A stretch of 64,000 nucleotides of DNA. It comes from Fibrobacterales bacterium (lineage in GTDB: Bacteria; Fibrobacterota; Fibrobacteria; Fibrobacterales; JAOPTW01). Every line of letters starts with the position of its first letter. Positions within the stretch are counted from its first letter, which is position 1. The translations under genes were made by a program, and so were the position numbers. The notes below the pieces were generated by a model that searched no databases, was not told where the DNA came from, and saw only the letters and a list, made by a program, of their open reading frames with translations. Positions 61,197-64,000 of the stretch are shown here, in pieces. The stretch spans positions 64,001 through 128,000 of the forward strand of contig JAOPTW010000006.1 in assembly GCA_051532035.1 (NCBI GenBank). The letters run 5' to 3'.

Positions 61197-64000
61197 TTAT
61201 TCTACAACCGCTACGTCCTTCGCTCTTACCTCACTACATCCCGGCCCCTCAAGCCTACTTTTACCCCCACTACCCGAGACCACTTTAATTTGAGTTTCGA
61301 TACGCGCTTTTAGAGCAGAGACATGGGATATCACACCAATAAGCTTTCCTTCTCCTTGTAAATTGGAAAGCGCATCGAGCGCCACATCAAGAGACTCCTC
61401 ATCAAGGGTACCAAAACCCTCATCCAAAAAGAGCGAGTCTATACGAATTCGGTTACTCGCCATCTTTGAAAGCCCCAACGCCAAAGCGAGACTCACAATA
61501 AATGACTCTCCACCCGACAGATTTTTAGTTGACCGTTCAACACTCCCTTGATGGGCATCAATCACATTGAGTTCCAAAGGCTTTTCATTATCACGCACCA
61601 GCAGGTAGCGCTCAGTCATATGTTTCAGTTGATTATTGGCATGGGAGATCATAACATCAAAGGTGAGCCCCTGCGCAAAATCCCTATACTTCTTCCCATC
61701 ATTGGAGCCAATATAGAAATGCAGTTTTTTCCACCGATCACACTCCCTTTTTTGCAGGTCAATGCGTTCTGCACCGCTCTCTAATGAAGCCTTTTTCTCT
61801 TCATTCAGAGCAATGGTATTACTATCTTCTCCAACCTGATTTTGAAGTCGAGTAAGGTCACTGCTCACATTCTCTTTTGCCGCAGGAAGCTCTTTAGTGT
61901 CAACCCCTTTGGGCAATCGGCTTTTTTGATTCTCAATGAGCGCATCATACTGCTCTTTTTCAGAAACAAGCTTTACTCGCTCTAACTGTAGCGCTTCATC
62001 TCGGCTCTTTAATCGCTTCAGTTCATCAGGAACAATTCTCATCAAGCAAAACTGAGCCTCATCATCAAAACCTAACCCCTCGCACAGCTGATGGAACCTC
62101 TCAGAAAGCTGACCGACTATAGGGAGCAACTCACCAACAAGACCAATTGCACTTTCGAATTTAGTTGTCATCTCTATGAGAGACTGCTTGGCAACATCAT
62201 CACTTTTTCGCACCCCCAGCAGCTCGTGCTCTATGACATCTAACTCTTTAGTCATACGCAACTCCTCTGTAGCACACTCTTTCTCGCCATACAGAGTCAC
62301 ACGCTTTTCTTTTACCATTTCCAAATCAGCTTGAGCTTGCTCTACCAGACCATCACGCTCTTTAAGGGCTCGATTCAATCCTTCAATGAGCGATTCACCA
62401 CCCTTTACTTCTGCGCTCAAACGAGTAATCTCATTGTGAGACTGATGTTCCTTTACTTGAGCCTTCTCCCAAAAATCTTTTCTTTTTTTGAGCGCCTCTA
62501 CGACATCTGATAAAGAACCCTCAGCCTCAACACCATATCGACCGACAGATGTTTTAACTGATGTCATCAGCTGCACCAACTCACCAACAATCTGCTCTTG
62601 ACTTTGTTGCAGCTCTATCAGAGTTTCTCTTTGAGTCGTTAAAAGCAACCGAAACCGTTCAAGAGATGACTCTGCTTTTTGAAAGGTCAGTTGAGAGCTA
62701 TTCTCACGCTCAATCAACTGTGCTGATTTCAATTGCAATTGATTCAGTACACTGATTTTCTCCCTCAGGACTGCAATCATTGCATCCGTCGCGCTCACTT
62801 CGGGGGTTACACCTTTTGCAAAAGGATGTTCTTCTGCGCCACAGAGGGGGCAAGGAGAACCATCGTGAAGCAATTTTCGCTCAGCCTCATAATCAGCAAC
62901 CTTTACCTGAAAATTTCTCAGATCCAAAAGATGATTGAGCTCTTGAGTATAATCATCATTTGATTTACCGGACAATTGTATCACCTGCTGCTCTTCAACA
63001 TAGCGCTTTTGATCTTTGAGTCCTCGCAGTATTTCCCGTTCATACTCAACTTCTTTTTGAGCCGCCTCCAGCGACTTCTCACTCTCTTTTATCGCCCCAG
63101 TCTGAGCTGCAACCCTTTGAAGGCGAACATCCTGCCTCTGCTCCAGAAGCTCTTTTTGCTTTTGCAAAGACTCAACTACAGCCAAATCACTTCCAATTTC
63201 TACATCCACTGCATGAGCATTCAGGTACTCTTGCACTCGTCCTAACGCCTCCTTATGACGTTTAAGCTCACGTTGTAACTCTTTCTGTTTCGTGTTCTGA
63301 CTATGTAACTGAGATTGTATTTGAGTAAAATCTGCTATGCGACTTTTGTGCAACAATTTCTTTTCATGCACAACCCCATCAAGGACCGTCACCTCTTTTA
63401 TAGTCGCCCGCTCTACAGTATGAAGCTTATGGAGTAAACGCTTATCACCTTCACCTTTCTCGACTCGCGCACGACTCTCTGCAGCAGCGTCCCGCAAAGC
63501 AGGAAGGGACTGTTCGAAAAATACTTGCTGTTCTTGAGCCCGCACTCGTTGAGCCCTCTTTGAAAGGAGAGTCGCATATTCCCCTTCAACTTCTTGAGCT
63601 CGAACCGCTTGATCTATACGAACCTTTTCTTCTGCAAAAACTTCGATTTTTTTACCATTCTCGCCCTGGGCAACGCTAGTATCCACAAGTTTTTGTTGTA
63701 ACCGCTCAATCTCGACAACACGCTGCAACTGCTCTATGAGCCCACGCTCCTCTTCTTTTAATCCTTCACACTTTTGCTGAGCATCAACGACACACTGCCG
63801 AAGCACCTTCTCATCTTCCAGACTTAATATATCAAGATGCGCAATCTCTCTTTCGAACTCATTTAAAACCTGCTTCTCTTCACTCGTACGCCTATGAACC
63901 TCTATAGAAATATTTTTATAGATATCCGTACCCGTAATTTGTTCTAAAATTTCAGATCGATCACTTGATGTTGACTTCAAAAAGGCAGCAAAGTCGCCCT
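61197..64000 (-). CDS. sbcC: SbcC/Rad50 family SMC ATPase (5' part outside window)
   Basis: GDFAAFL at the window edge, coiled coil, CPLC zinc hook, LSGGE signature, LFLDEGFGTLD, ISH. Confidence 0.93.
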   Translation of the reverse strand, partial: GDFAAFLKSTSSDRSEILEQITGTDIYKNISIEVHRRTSEEKQVLNEFEREIAHLDILSLEDEKVLRQCVVDAQQKCEGLKEEERGLIEQLQRVVEIERLQQKLVDTSVAQGENGKKIEVFAEEKVRIDQAVRAQEVEGEYATLLSKRAQRVRAQEQQVFFEQSLPALRDAAAESRARVEKGEGDKRLLHKLHTVERATIKEVTVLDGVVHEKKLLHKSRIADFTQIQSQLHSQNTKQKELQRELKRHKEALGRVQEYLNAHAVDVEIGSDLAVVESLQKQKELLEQRQDVRLQRVAAQTGAIKESEKSLEAAQKEVEYEREILRGLKDQKRYVEEQQVIQLSGKSNDDYTQELNHLLDLRNFQVKVADYEAERKLLHDGSPCPLCGAEEHPFAKGVTPEVSATDAMIAVLREKISVLNQLQLKSAQLIERENSSQLTFQKAESSLERFRLLLTTQRETLIELQQSQEQIVGELVQLMTSVKTSVGRYGVEAEGSLSDVVEALKKRKDFWEKAQVKEHQSHNEITRLSAEVKGGESLIEGLNRALKERDGLVEQAQADLEMVKEKRVTLYGEKECATEELRMTKELDVIEHELLGVRKSDDVAKQSLIEMTTKFESAIGLVGELLPIVGQLSERFHQLCEGLGFDDEAQFCLMRIVPDELKRLKSRDEALQLERVKLVSEKEQYDALIENQKSRLPKGVDTKELPAAKENVSSDLTRLQNQVGEDSNTIALNEEKKASLESGAERIDLQKRECDRWKKLHFYIGSNDGKKYRDFAQGLTFDVMISHANNQLKHMTERYLLVRDNEKPLELNVIDAHQGSVERSTKNLSGGESFIVSLALALGLSKMASNRIRIDSLFLDEGFGTLDEESLDVALDALSNLQGEGKLIGVISHVSALKARIETQIKVVSGSGGKSRLEGPGCSEVRAKDVAVVE

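Noticed and set aside
1..64000. CRISPR arrays, tRNA/rRNA, IS elements, prophage or defence islands
   Set aside because: No spaced repeats, cloverleafs, transposase, integrase or phage genes were recognised.

Overview
AT-rich bacterial chromosomal window, most likely from a Fibrobacterota (FCB group) organism. This is inferred from a TIGR02147-like regulator, many lipoproteins and secreted enzymes with long Ser-rich linkers, and short C-terminal sorting-like tails. The left 21 kb is mostly minus-strand housekeeping and envelope genes: lptC-lptA-lptB-rpoN-hpf-hprK-mlaD-mlaD-ptsH-ptsI-slt-DMT-mlaE-murJ, two single-domain response regulators, trmH, ispA and zapB-zapA. zapA is followed by two tandem 6S-like RNA rods. 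The middle holds a class I fumarase, ilvD, purT and a RelA/SpoT-TPR protein. The 33-60 kb stretch is accessory and rich in secreted polysaccharide-active proteins: GH31, an expansin-like protein, two GH55s, a thaumatin-like lipoprotein, a GH-like/SGNH fusion and CBM11-like lipoproteins. It also encodes a Cys-rich lipoprotein whose C-terminal domain carries, in the right order, motifs of eukaryotic-type poly(ADP-ribose) glycohydrolase. The window ends inside sbcC. I saw no rRNA, tRNA, CRISPR array or mobile element. All family calls come from motif recognition by eye, not from database searches.
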